Origin: an uncultured bacterium
GTDB lineage: Bacteria; Acidobacteriota; HRBIN11; JAKEFK01
Length of the DNA stretch: 64,000 nt
Reading direction: 5' to 3'
Assembly: GCA_963777505.1 (NCBI GenBank)
Contig: CAVZQN010000006.1
Coordinates: 352,001 to 416,000 of the forward strand
A program made the translations under genes and the position numbers. Positions 1-9,589 of the stretch are shown piece after piece (within the stretch, counting starts at the first letter, position 1; each line of letters opens with the position of its first letter). The notes beneath the pieces are model-generated. The model saw only the letters and a list, made by a program, of their open reading frames with translations. It was not told the DNA's origin and made no database searches.

Positions 1-159
1 GAGGGGGTTATTGCCTTCTATGCCTACGGTTGTGGCTTGGAGAAAAAAGCCAGAACCGTGCGCAAAGGAGGACAGCTGGGGAGCCGACAATTTTCGCCGG
101 CCCCCCTCCCTTTGTGAAAACATGTCCTTTTTGCTTTAATGTCCATAAGAGGTGGGCTC

Positions 160-2331
160 ATGATTAGGCGTGTTGTCTCTCTTTGGGGATTGTTCTGTTT
201 ATTCTTCACTTCGTTCCTCTATGCAGGAACCTATTACGTCGCTACAAATGGAAATGATTCCCCAGGCGGTGGAACACTCGCAAACCCCTGGCAAACCTTA
301 ACGTACGCTTGCACAAGCATTCCTGATGACGGAAGCACTGTGCTTGTAATGAATGGCACTTATAACGGCCGCGTACGCCTTAATCGACGTTTTACCAATC
401 ACACTACTTTCAAAGCAATGAACCCGTATTTAGCTGTTTTACAGCATACGACTGAACAAGTTTTGACCAGTTTTGGCGGTGCCAATTTTACGATTGAAGG
501 TTTCCGCTTCACACGTCCGGTGAATGCACCTGCTGCACTGATCGTACAAATTCAGCAAGCAGGCTCAGATGGATCAATTCCGGCTGAAGACATCATTATC
601 CGGAATAATATTTTTCACGATAGTTACAACAACGATCTGCTCAAAATCAATAATGCTTGCGACAACATCCTTGTAGAAGGCAACCTCTTTTACAATCAAT
701 CGGGCTCCGATGAACACATGGATGTCAACGGCGTCACGAATGTGACAATTCAGGACAACATTTTTTTCAATGACTTTGCTGGAAGTGGTCGCACCAATAA
801 CAATGACACAAGCAGTTTCATCGTAATCAAAAATTCAGGAGACCTTCCACTCAATCAAGATTTCATCGTAAGACGAAATGTCTTTTTGAACTGGGAAGGA
901 TCAACCGGAAGCAATTTTGTACTGATCGGTGAAGATGGTAAACCTTTTATCGAAACTGAAAACGTTCTTGTTGAAAACAATTTAATGATTGGAAATTCTG
1001 CGAACACAATGCGTGCTGCATTTGGAGTTAAGAGCGGAAGAAATGTTACTTTTCGGAATAATACAGTAACAGGAAATCTTCCGTCGCTTGCCTATGCTTT
1101 ACGTGTTAATCGCGAGAATCCAACGATCGTGAACGAAGACATTTTCTTTTACAACAATATTTGGTCCGATCCTACTTCAACGATGGAAGATTTTTCTGAT
1201 GGTGAGACGGCCGAATCATCCAACATAATTCTGGATAACAATTTGTATTACAACGGTGGTAGTGCTTTGCCTGCTGGAGATGTATTAAGTCCATCTGATG
1301 ATGCAAATGCAGTGATTGGGAATCCTGTACTTGGAAATCAGGCAGGCCTAGTTTTGCCGCGTTGGAATCCTGTAGCTGAAGAGTTCTTGAGCCAAAACAC
1401 AACGATCCGCCAGGAATTTTTGCGGCTGGTGTCTAACTATGGAACGCCTGGTGGCGGCAGTGCTGCGTTTAATGCTTCCGATCCTGCACACACTCCAAAT
1501 GATGACATTCTTGGAAATGGCCGGGATGCGAATTCAGATCTAGGTGCTTTAGATGCCGATGGTGGCGTTTTGATTCTGCTGAGTCCGGCATCGCTGCCGA
1601 ATGGTTCGATTGGGACCACGTATTCACAAATGATTACAGCAAGCGGCGGAGATAGTCCGTATAGTTTTTCGGTGACCTCGGGAGCTCTTCCCAACGGACT
1701 GAATTTAAACGCGAGCGGATTACTTTCCGGAGATCCCACAGTTGGGGGAACTTTCAATTTCACGATTACAGCTACAGATTCCAGCAATGATACAGGCAGC
1801 CGCGCATATTCGATTCAAATCGTGGCCTGCCTATTTTGTGATGAGTTTGATAATGGAGTACTTGATTGGTCCTATCTAAAGCCAAATTGGAATGAGGCAG
1901 GAGGATCTTTAATTGGAACTCCAACCGGCAAAAAAGCGATTGCAGTTGCATCACCTCTTTTTTCCGGCTGTGTAAATTGCAGCGTTGAAGCCGTAATGAG
2001 GACTGCAGGTGGAGTTGCAAACCGAGTGTGGCTGCTTGCGTGGTATTTCGATAAAAAGAATTTGGTTGAAGTCATGATGAAAGAACAATCGGACAGCTGG
2101 GTTGTTAAGCAACGATCAGGTGGAAGAGTTGTAGCGAAAGGCAAAGGCGTCAGCACAATTGTTCCGGACACAAATTACGTTGTGCGCATTACATATAACG
2201 GTTCGCAATTCCAGCTTTTCGTAGACGATGTTTTGTTGGTCACTTTACAAGACGGTGCTTCAGCAAGCGGTACTGTAGGATTTCAGATTAAAGCAACAAC
2301 TGGAACGTTCGGATCGATCAATGTGTTCTGA
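160..2331 (+). CDS. Secreted right-handed beta-helix (pectate lyase-like) protein with Ig-like domain and conserved C-terminal beta-sandwich domain
   Basis: Signal peptide ending LYA; YYVATNGND...GTLANPWQT start; repeated IxxNxF beta-helix rungs; LSPASLPNG..GTTYSQ..TASGG..PY Ig repeat; C-terminal domain shared with 19789-26071 proteins. ATG160 follows AAGAGGT (ORF track starts at 139). Confidence 0.85.
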   Translation: MIRRVVSLWGLFCLFFTSFLYAGTYYVATNGNDSPGGGTLANPWQTLTYACTSIPDDGSTVLVMNGTYNGRVRLNRRFTNHTTFKAMNPYLAVLQHTTEQVLTSFGGANFTIEGFRFTRPVNAPAALIVQIQQAGSDGSIPAEDIIIRNNIFHDSYNNDLLKINNACDNILVEGNLFYNQSGSDEHMDVNGVTNVTIQDNIFFNDFAGSGRTNNNDTSSFIVIKNSGDLPLNQDFIVRRNVFLNWEGSTGSNFVLIGEDGKPFIETENVLVENNLMIGNSANTMRAAFGVKSGRNVTFRNNTVTGNLPSLAYALRVNRENPTIVNEDIFFYNNIWSDPTSTMEDFSDGETAESSNIILDNNLYYNGGSALPAGDVLSPSDDANAVIGNPVLGNQAGLVLPRWNPVAEEFLSQNTTIRQEFLRLVSNYGTPGGGSAAFNASDPAHTPNDDILGNGRDANSDLGALDADGGVLILLSPASLPNGSIGTTYSQMITASGGDSPYSFSVTSGALPNGLNLNASGLLSGDPTVGGTFNFTITATDSSNDTGSRAYSIQIVACLFCDEFDNGVLDWSYLKPNWNEAGGSLIGTPTGKKAIAVASPLFSGCVNCSVEAVMRTAGGVANRVWLLAWYFDKKNLVEVMMKEQSDSWVVKQRSGGRVVAKGKGVSTIVPDTNYVVRITYNGSQFQLFVDDVLLVTLQDGASASGTVGFQIKATTGTFGSINVF

Positions 2332-3876
2332 TCAATGTCTGAAATGCCGTACTCCGGTGAATATCATGGCTATATTGTGTTCGTTCGCCGCATCGATTAT
2401 TTCTTGATCGCGAACTGAACCTCCTGGCTGAATGATGGCGGTCGCACCTGCGGAAGCGATTTCATCAACACCATCCCGGAATGGGAAAAATGCGTCAGAT
2501 CCAACACTCGTACCCTGGAGTGAACTTTGTGCTTTCAGTTTTGCGATCTTAACTGAATCCACGCGGCTCATTTGGCCTGCGCCAATTCCGACCGTGACAT
2601 CGTGCCGTGCAAATACAATTGCATTGGATTTCACAAACTCAGAAACAACCCATGCAAACTCAAGTGCCCGCCATTCTTCTTCTGAAGGCGCACGTTTCGT
2701 TACAATTTTGGTTTCAGCACGATTGAGCTCAATATCATCGCGATCTTGAATCAGCATTCCCCCTGTAATTTTCTTCATGTCGAACTTGTCATGGATTTTC
2801 CAATCTCCAGGTAATTTCAAAAGCCGCATTGCCGTTTTCTTTGAAAGAGTATCCATCGCCTCCTGCGTAAAATCTTTTGCAACGATCCCTTCAATGAATG
2901 CTTCCGATACAATGCGTGCAGTTTCTCCATCTACAATTCCATGAATGCTAACAACTCCACCAAAAGCCGCAATCGGATCTGCTGCCCGGGCCTTCCGGTA
3001 CGCCTCAGAAATTCGATCATCCACAGCAACTCCGCATGGATTGTTATGTTTGATAATTACTGCTGATGTTCTATTCAAAGCGCAACTTAATTGAAACGCT
3101 GCATCGAAATCCAGCAAGTTGTTATAAGAAAGCTCCTTTCCCTGGATCTTCTCCGCTTTCGCAAGAGTTGCTCCAGGTGTAGTCGGGGAAATGTATAAAG
3201 CACCTTTTTGATGCGGATTTTCTCCATAACGCAAAGTCGATGAAAGTTTCAGACTATTCGGAAAATATTGAGGAAAATCAGTTGATCCAAGTTTTCGGCT
3301 GTAGTGATTTGCGATCACCGCATCGTAATACGAAGTGAAATGAAAAGCTTTTACCGCAAGCTTCCGGCGTGTTTCGTTTGAGACTTCTCCATTCGTTTTA
3401 TCGAGCTCTTCGATCAAACCTTGATAATCCTTCGGATCGGTCACAACGGTCACATACGCATGATTTTTTGCTGCTGCTCGGATTAGGGAAGGACCGCCAA
3501 TATCGATCCATTCGATTGATTCTTCAATTCCAAGATCTTTCGCAACGGCTTGATCTTCAAACGGATATAAGTTCACGATTACCATATCGATTCCGTGCAA
3601 AGAATGTTCTTTCATTTGCTGTTTGTGATCTGGATTGTCGCGCACCCCAAGGATTCCGCCAAAAATCGCCGGATGAAGTGTCTTGACGCGGCCATCCAAA
3701 ATTTCTGGAAAATTTGTTACCGAAGATAGAGAAGTTACATGAATGTGGTGATCATGCAGAAATTGAGCGGTGCCACCTGTGGAAATGATTTCGACACCCT
3801 GCTGCTGCAGTTTTGCTGCGAAGGGTATTAAATCCGTTTTGTCTGAAACGCTGATTAGCGCACGTTCAACTTTCAT
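2332..3876 (-). CDS. purH: Bifunctional AICAR transformylase/IMP cyclohydrolase
   Basis: ALISVSDK, GRVKTLHP, IDIGGP, LRYGENPHQ, KHNNPCG, SDAFFPF, IIQPGGS, RHFRH end. Start 3876 overlaps upstream stop (ATGA). Confidence 0.97.
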   Translation of the reverse strand: MKVERALISVSDKTDLIPFAAKLQQQGVEIISTGGTAQFLHDHHIHVTSLSSVTNFPEILDGRVKTLHPAIFGGILGVRDNPDHKQQMKEHSLHGIDMVIVNLYPFEDQAVAKDLGIEESIEWIDIGGPSLIRAAAKNHAYVTVVTDPKDYQGLIEELDKTNGEVSNETRRKLAVKAFHFTSYYDAVIANHYSRKLGSTDFPQYFPNSLKLSSTLRYGENPHQKGALYISPTTPGATLAKAEKIQGKELSYNNLLDFDAAFQLSCALNRTSAVIIKHNNPCGVAVDDRISEAYRKARAADPIAAFGGVVSIHGIVDGETARIVSEAFIEGIVAKDFTQEAMDTLSKKTAMRLLKLPGDWKIHDKFDMKKITGGMLIQDRDDIELNRAETKIVTKRAPSEEEWRALEFAWVVSEFVKSNAIVFARHDVTVGIGAGQMSRVDSVKIAKLKAQSSLQGTSVGSDAFFPFRDGVDEIASAGATAIIQPGGSVRDQEIIDAANEHNIAMIFTGVRHFRH

Positions 3877-4628
3877 TGCTTCTCCTTCTTCTTCGTTTTT
3901 CCTTTTGAATGAAAAGGCGTCCATGTTGTATCACCATGCGCCTTTTTCCATGTATAAAACCAAAATTGCACGGTATGTGAAATGGATCGTGAATAACTTA
4001 GACTTGCGATCCCAAACGGTAATGATCTTGGATCAAAAGTGTCTGAGGACACCAGCGTACCATTTGGAAAATAGGCGTCTCCAAGCAGCGGGTATTTTTG
4101 CACTGCATTCAATGCAATTTGATGCAGATATTCTTCTTCGCTTGGCTGATTCAAGATTGAAGGCTCATGTCCATCAAAGATCCACGGAAATAACTCTATG
4201 TTCTTTTCGAGATAAATTGCAAAATCGGATCGGTATTGCGGTTCACGTGAATCTTTGTCCGACAAAACCAGTGCATCATTTAAGTCGGCAATGTAATGTG
4301 CCATACGGCCAAAATCTACAGCTACTTTTCGAAACGGAACGTGATTGTAAATATCTTTTGGCGCCTTTGCAGACAATATCGTTAGTTGGTCTTTTAAGTA
4401 ACCGCTGCGCGTTTCAATATTGTACGTATGTTCTGATTCGGGAAGTTCATCAGGCCGTAAAACCGCTCCAAGAATCTCTTCTTGATGCCGCATCATAATG
4501 TTTTTGAAAGACGTCGGCATCAAACTCGTCGATTTAACAACCACAAGCTGGTACGTTTTTGACGTCCATGCTTCGGATTCCAATTGAACGCAGAAAACAA
4601 ACACAACGAAGAACCATCTCCAGAACAT
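3873..4628 (-). CDS. Secreted protein, S1/P1 nuclease / Zn-phospholipase C-like fold (degenerate)
   Basis: Signal peptide then mature W at position 1 (EA|WTSK); GRMAHYIADL helix typical of the family; several expected His ligands absent. Confidence 0.6.
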   Translation of the reverse strand: MFWRWFFVVFVFCVQLESEAWTSKTYQLVVVKSTSLMPTSFKNIMMRHQEEILGAVLRPDELPESEHTYNIETRSGYLKDQLTILSAKAPKDIYNHVPFRKVAVDFGRMAHYIADLNDALVLSDKDSREPQYRSDFAIYLEKNIELFPWIFDGHEPSILNQPSEEEYLHQIALNAVQKYPLLGDAYFPNGTLVSSDTFDPRSLPFGIASLSYSRSISHTVQFWFYTWKKAHGDTTWTPFHSKGKTKKKEKQ

Positions 4629-4660
4629 AAAAAAACCTGCAGAATTTTACCATAATAGGA

Positions 4661-5033
4661 TTCAACACAAAGACTCTAAGACGCTAAGTTTCACTATTTT
4701 TTGATAAATAATTCGTGAATCCTTCTAGTAGAAGCTCCAATCGTTGTTTTTGTGAAATAAATTACCACGGAGTCACGGAGGATTGGATCGTTGCCGATTT
4801 CGTTCGCGTCGCGAACGAGGCTGAGAAATAGAGCCAAAACAAATTTTCTTGCTAATAAAGAAACCTAATTTGAATCGAGTCGATGATTTGTTTTGAGCTC
4901 TATTTCTCAGCCCTAAAGAAAATCGGCAACGATCCAATCACACGAAGTTAACTCCGTGATCTCCGTGACTCAGTGGTAAATCTTTTCTGGTTGCGGCTTT
5001 GCCGCGTTAAGCGTTTGGGTCTTTGTGGTTGAA
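4661..5033. repeat. Nested palindromic repeat complex with internal MITE-like element (4781-4939)
   Basis: Perfect 20-bp IR gattggatcgttgccgattt (4781-4800)/aaatcggcaacgatccaatc (4920-4939); inner IR ggctgagaaatagagc/gctctatttctcagcc; outer IR ttaccacggagtcacggag/ctccgtgactcagtggtaa; outermost imperfect ttcaacacaaagac/gtctttgtggttgaa. Confidence 0.8.
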
Positions 5034-5063
5034 AAAAAGCATACGCATGATTAAATAGGGAAT

Positions 5064-6332
5064 ATGTTGGATCAAACTTTTGTACGAGAAAACCGCGAAA
5101 TCGTAGAACAAAAACTAAAATCACGCGGGATGAAGGTCGATTTAAACGAGTTTTTTTCGGTCGATGAACAACGGAGAACCGCGATTCGTGAAGCAGAAGA
5201 ACTGAAACGTGTCAGCAATGTAGTGTCGAAAGAAATCGGAGAAGCGGTTCGACGGGGTGAAGATGTTTCAACCCGCAAGGAAGAAATGCGCCTTCAGAAA
5301 GACCGGATTAAAGAGCTTGATGATCTGATCCGGCAAACACAAGAGAAAATGGAGAATTTTCTCCTGAATATCCCTAATCTGCCGAATGCTTCAGTACCGC
5401 TTGGCGCCAGTGCTGCAGACAATGTTCCCGTGCGGGAGCATAAAGGGATAACCGCGGTCGATTTTGAAGCAAAAACACACAACGTAATTGGAACCCAGCT
5501 CGGAATCTTGGATTTTGAACGGGCGGCAAAAATTACAGGAAGCCGTTTTGTATTGTACAAAGGCGCCGGTGCTTTGCTGGAACGCTCGCTTATCAATTTT
5601 ATGATTGATGTACACACCGCAAATGGGTATACAGAAGTGATCCCGCCCTTCATTGCAAATGCGGATTCGCTTCGTGGCACAGGAAACCTTCCGAAATTTG
5701 AGGAAGATCTTTTCAAGCTGGCTGACACAAATTATTTTTTGATTCCTACCGCTGAAGTTCCTGTAACAAATATTTATAGAGATGAAGTCTTAAATGAAGA
5801 AGAGTTGCCTATCCGTTATGTTGCGTACACTCCATGTTTCCGCCGCGAAGCAGGAACATATGGGCAAGAAACGCGCGGGCTTATCCGCTTACATCAATTC
5901 AACAAAGTCGAGATTGTACATTTCTCAACACCAGAGAATTCTTATGTGCAGCATGAAAAACTGACTAACGATGCGGAAGAAATTCTAAAGAAGCTTGATC
6001 TGACGTACCGGGTCCTTCTTCTTTGTACAGGTGACATGGGATTTTCTTCGGCAAAAACTTACGATCTTGAAGTCTGGATGCCTGGCCAAAATGCGTTTGT
6101 AGAAATTTCATCCTGTTCGAATTTTGAAGATTATCAAGCTCGCAGAGCAAATATCCGTTTCAAAAAAGCAGGCACAAAAGGAACCCGGCTGGTTCACACT
6201 TTGAACGGATCAGGTCTTGCTATTGGCCGTACTGTGGCTGCGATTCTGGAAAATTATCAACAACGTGATGGAAGCGTTCGAGTTCCTGAAGTGCTCGTGC
6301 CATATATGAAAGGCCTAACGACAATTCGGTAA
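5064..6332 (+). CDS. serS: Serine--tRNA ligase
   Basis: MLD start, N-terminal coiled coil, [45 protein letters not shown]. Confidence 0.98.
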   Translation: MLDQTFVRENREIVEQKLKSRGMKVDLNEFFSVDEQRRTAIREAEELKRVSNVVSKEIGEAVRRGEDVSTRKEEMRLQKDRIKELDDLIRQTQEKMENFLLNIPNLPNASVPLGASAADNVPVREHKGITAVDFEAKTHNVIGTQLGILDFERAAKITGSRFVLYKGAGALLERSLINFMIDVHTANGYTEVIPPFIANADSLRGTGNLPKFEEDLFKLADTNYFLIPTAEVPVTNIYRDEVLNEEELPIRYVAYTPCFRREAGTYGQETRGLIRLHQFNKVEIVHFSTPENSYVQHEKLTNDAEEILKKLDLTYRVLLLCTGDMGFSSAKTYDLEVWMPGQNAFVEISSCSNFEDYQARRANIRFKKAGTKGTRLVHTLNGSGLAIGRTVAAILENYQQRDGSVRVPEVLVPYMKGLTTIR

Positions 6333-6490
6333 GTAGCCCCCGGCGTAAGCCGGGGGTCAATTTGGCATTTTAATGATTTAGCCCGCCAAAGGCGGGCGTA
6401 AGAGTGATCATAGTAAAGGTCTTTCGCCCGCTTGAAGCGGGCTGGTTCATTTCTCAATCCTTTTACCCCCGGCTTACGCCGGGGGCAAAC
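6333..6490. repeat. REP/REPIN-like element (inverted GTAG-type REP doublet with two internal hairpins)
   Basis: gtagcccccggcgtaagccgggggt at 6333-6357 and its near reverse complement at 6465-6490; internal agcccgc..gcgggc hairpins in inverted orientation; lies between convergent genes. Confidence 0.8.
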
Positions 6491-6511
6491 ACATTGGATA
6501 GGGCTGAAGGC

Positions 6512-7465
6512 TTACTCTTTGCTCATTTCGAGCCACTGATCCCAGTCTTCTTTTCGGATGTTCTTCAGAGCAGCAGGTCTTTGTCTGATCAAGGACGGAA
6601 GTTCTTTCAGTAATTCCCATCGTGCTTTCATCAAAACTCCCCAGCCTGCTTTTTGCCTGATCATATCGACGTAGCGGAGTTCATCCAGCGTAACAGATAC
6701 GCTTTTTTTCAGGAGAGTTTGAAATGGAATATTTTTGATAAACGTTCGTAGCCGATTCCGTTCGCTTAAGAACCACAAAGCATCTGATGGCAGTTTTGTG
6801 CTGGTTCCATGAACCTTATGATATGCAACCGAATTGGGAACCCAGAATGACTCCGACCCATTGATTCTTGCTTTCCAGCCTGTATCTAAATCTTCGTAAT
6901 AAGCGAAGTATGTTTTATCGAATGCTCCATTACTCATCAGCAGTTCTTTGTTGAAGATTGCAGCACCCGCAGAAGCCGCAAAAATTTGCCGCACTTGATT
7001 TGAGATCGATTCAACGCTGCGATTGTGGTATAGATTTCTGGCGGCACCGCATGGACGGATCCCAAGTCCGCATGAATCAACTTTAGTTTTATCATCGGAA
7101 CGAAGAATCGTTCCTTGAGCGGAAAAACAATGCGGATGATTTTCGATTCCTTTCAACAAATTCTCCAGCCAGTTTTTATCAAGGATCATGTCGTTGTTGA
7201 CTGTAGCAATCCATTTTCCACGGGCTGCCTGAAATGCAATATTGTTTGGGCCTGCAAATCCTTCATTTTTTTCAAGCTGAATTAAATTGACAGCCGGAAA
7301 ATTCTCTTTAACAAATGCGACACTATCGTCCTTGGATCCGTTGTCTACAACAAGAATCTCAAAGTTGTTAAATGTTTGTTGTTGAATGGATGGAAGGCAT
7401 TCCTCGAGATGATGTCTGCCGTTCCAGCTTACGATAACGAAAGATACGAGCGGATTCGCCGGCAT
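6512..7465 (-). CDS. Glycosyltransferase family 2 (rhamnosyltransferase-like)
   Basis: VSFVIVSWNG, VVDNGSKD, NEGFAGPNN, NNDM, FAYYEDLD. Confidence 0.9.
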   Translation of the reverse strand: MPANPLVSFVIVSWNGRHHLEECLPSIQQQTFNNFEILVVDNGSKDDSVAFVKENFPAVNLIQLEKNEGFAGPNNIAFQAARGKWIATVNNDMILDKNWLENLLKGIENHPHCFSAQGTILRSDDKTKVDSCGLGIRPCGAARNLYHNRSVESISNQVRQIFAASAGAAIFNKELLMSNGAFDKTYFAYYEDLDTGWKARINGSESFWVPNSVAYHKVHGTSTKLPSDALWFLSERNRLRTFIKNIPFQTLLKKSVSVTLDELRYVDMIRQKAGWGVLMKARWELLKELPSLIRQRPAALKNIRKEDWDQWLEMSKE

Positions 7466-7469
7466 CGAT

Positions 7470-9509
7470 TTAATCTGCGACGTAACCTAAACTTTTAAGT
7501 TCTTCTGCTTGTTCCGCGCTTATGTTCAGGTCTCTGGTTCTACGCTCAATTCTGGCAATGGAAACCCTGTTACTGGTGGAAGAAGATTTTGTACTTACAG
7601 GAATTGCTTCCATATGAAACGGGGAGTTCAGCGCTTTTCCATTTTGATCAAATACATTGACTCCCGAAATGCTTAATTCTGCATTACTTGCAGGCTCAAC
7701 AAAAACCCAATCCACATCATTGCCTGATGCGTTGAGAGCAATGGACGCTTCTTTATCTGACAACGTTATCCGATCTTGCTCTTCACCTTCTGATAGATGG
7801 ATACGCTTTAAGTTTTGGTTCGATTTCAAAATTGCAGTTCCGTTAAAATCAGCAAACCGGAATAGAAGACCTCCGGATACGTGTTGTTGTATCCATTGAT
7901 CAATAATCCTTTTACCATCGTTCCAGCCTGTAGGTGATTTGAATTCACCTGTTCTTTCGTAGATCGCTTCATCATCACCCTTAAACGCCGCCCAACGCTT
8001 ATCTGGCTGTTCGGCAAATAGGACCCTGTCTTTTGATGATTCAAATAGATCTTTTCCACGAAATGATTTTGGTTTCTCAATGCCTGTTAATTTCAACAGA
8101 GTAGAAGGCAGATCTATCAACGAAACTCTATGTTGCAGCATTTGGGGATTGATATTTTCGCCATGAAGAATTAATGGAACATCAAGAAGTTCAGGTGTCA
8201 CATTGTGTCCATGAGCGAAATAATGTTCATTTTCACCCAAAGACTCACCATGATCCGAAGTTATCGCAACGATTGTACGGTCCATTAGTTGTGCGCTTGC
8301 GAGCTCATTCAAAAATCTTCCGATTTCTTTATCTGCGAAAAAAATCTCGCCATCGTATTTTGCTACATAGTTATTCAAATCAAAAATTCCAGGAAGCTTA
8401 GCATAATCTGGAATGCCTCCCTTTCCTGTGAAATCTCCAACATCCCTTAACACAACCGGAGTAGAGTTTGTCCTGAACTTATTATCGTAAGGGGGTGGTG
8501 GCATATAAGGTGCGTGAGGATCCTGATAATGAAGCCACATAAACCACCTTTCATCTTTGTGCGATTTTAACCAGACCACTGCTGCATTTGTAAGTTGTTC
8601 AGCATTCCGTTCAGGGAGACGCCGATTAATTTCGGTACCCGGAAGGAAGCAGTTATAAACATCAAAACCCTTATCAAGGTTGCGGTTCTTTCTTAATACT
8701 GCATTCCCAACAAAAGCCGCTGTTGAAAACATGTTGCGGCGAAACACTTCTGCAAGCGTCATCTTGTTTTGGTCAAACACCGAGCGATTGTCCTTCAGGC
8801 CATGCTCAGAATAGTACATTGAAGTCATGATCGAAGTGATGGATGGAACTGTGAGCGGAGCGGTACTGATTGCTTTCGTAAATACAGCTGATGATTTGCT
8901 AAATGAGTCCAGGAAAGGAGAAGTGTCTTTTGAATACCCGTATGCAGAAAGATGATCTTTTCTCAACGTATCAATTGTGATCAATAGAACGTTCGGTTTA
9001 TGGACTTCACTCTGTTTGTTAACAACTTTCATCCGTGAAAGAAATACTTCTTTATCGCCCTCGTTGGTTGTCAGTTTTAAAGTAATTTGAGTCTTTCTAT
9101 TGTGAAACTCTGAAAGATCGAAAGAATAATCTTTCCAACGCCTGTCACTTTTTATTTCGGCAGGTGAAAGTTCGGCCTTGTATTCTTTTTCTTTTTTCCC
9201 TGACTTCACTTGTATTTTGATGGTATATATATCGGTCTCGTTTTCCCAATCAGTTTTAGGAACTCCCAACCCGAATGTCAGCAGACTACTTGAACCCGGA
9301 GATGCAGTGAAGCTAAGCGGTGTTCCATCTTTCAAGCTAGCAGACTGTCTGTATTCTTCACGGATGTTTTGTGAGGTTGTGTTAGTGAAAAGAAATGCGC
9401 TGGCCGGCTCATGAGGTTTGAAAAAGAACCGCCACAAAAGGATTGACGCCGCAAGGATGATAATTGCGATTATGATGACCCGCTTTGAGCTTCGGCTTCC
9501 GATTGACAT
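7470..9509 (-). CDS. Membrane-anchored sulfatase-like hydrolase/transferase (alkaline phosphatase superfamily, Thr nucleophile)
   Basis: N-terminal TM; PNVLLITIDTLRKDH; LTVPSITS in place of CxPSR; DPHAPY; TSDHGE; C-terminal ELKSLGYV. Confidence 0.88.
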   Translation of the reverse strand: MSIGSRSSKRVIIIAIIILAASILLWRFFFKPHEPASAFLFTNTTSQNIREEYRQSASLKDGTPLSFTASPGSSSLLTFGLGVPKTDWENETDIYTIKIQVKSGKKEKEYKAELSPAEIKSDRRWKDYSFDLSEFHNRKTQITLKLTTNEGDKEVFLSRMKVVNKQSEVHKPNVLLITIDTLRKDHLSAYGYSKDTSPFLDSFSKSSAVFTKAISTAPLTVPSITSIMTSMYYSEHGLKDNRSVFDQNKMTLAEVFRRNMFSTAAFVGNAVLRKNRNLDKGFDVYNCFLPGTEINRRLPERNAEQLTNAAVVWLKSHKDERWFMWLHYQDPHAPYMPPPPYDNKFRTNSTPVVLRDVGDFTGKGGIPDYAKLPGIFDLNNYVAKYDGEIFFADKEIGRFLNELASAQLMDRTIVAITSDHGESLGENEHYFAHGHNVTPELLDVPLILHGENINPQMLQHRVSLIDLPSTLLKLTGIEKPKSFRGKDLFESSKDRVLFAEQPDKRWAAFKGDDEAIYERTGEFKSPTGWNDGKRIIDQWIQQHVSGGLLFRFADFNGTAILKSNQNLKRIHLSEGEEQDRITLSDKEASIALNASGNDVDWVFVEPASNAELSISGVNVFDQNGKALNSPFHMEAIPVSTKSSSTSNRVSIARIERRTRDLNISAEQAEELKSLGYVAD

Positions 9510-9589
9510 TTGAAACTTCTAAAAATAACATTCCTAACTCAGCGCAACAAGCCGCTGGGCTCGATGCCATTAATTGTTCGCCACCCATA

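Noticed and set aside
1-115. c-di-GMP-I riboswitch-like words (CGCAAAG...GACAGC...GCCGA) with hairpins
   Set aside because: The P2/P3 architecture and GGCAAAC/GAAA elements are missing, and the window edge prevents assessment.
4630-5063. T-box riboswitch upstream of serS
   Set aside because: No GGTGGNACC T-box motif or specifier stem; the structure is better explained by nested inverted repeats.
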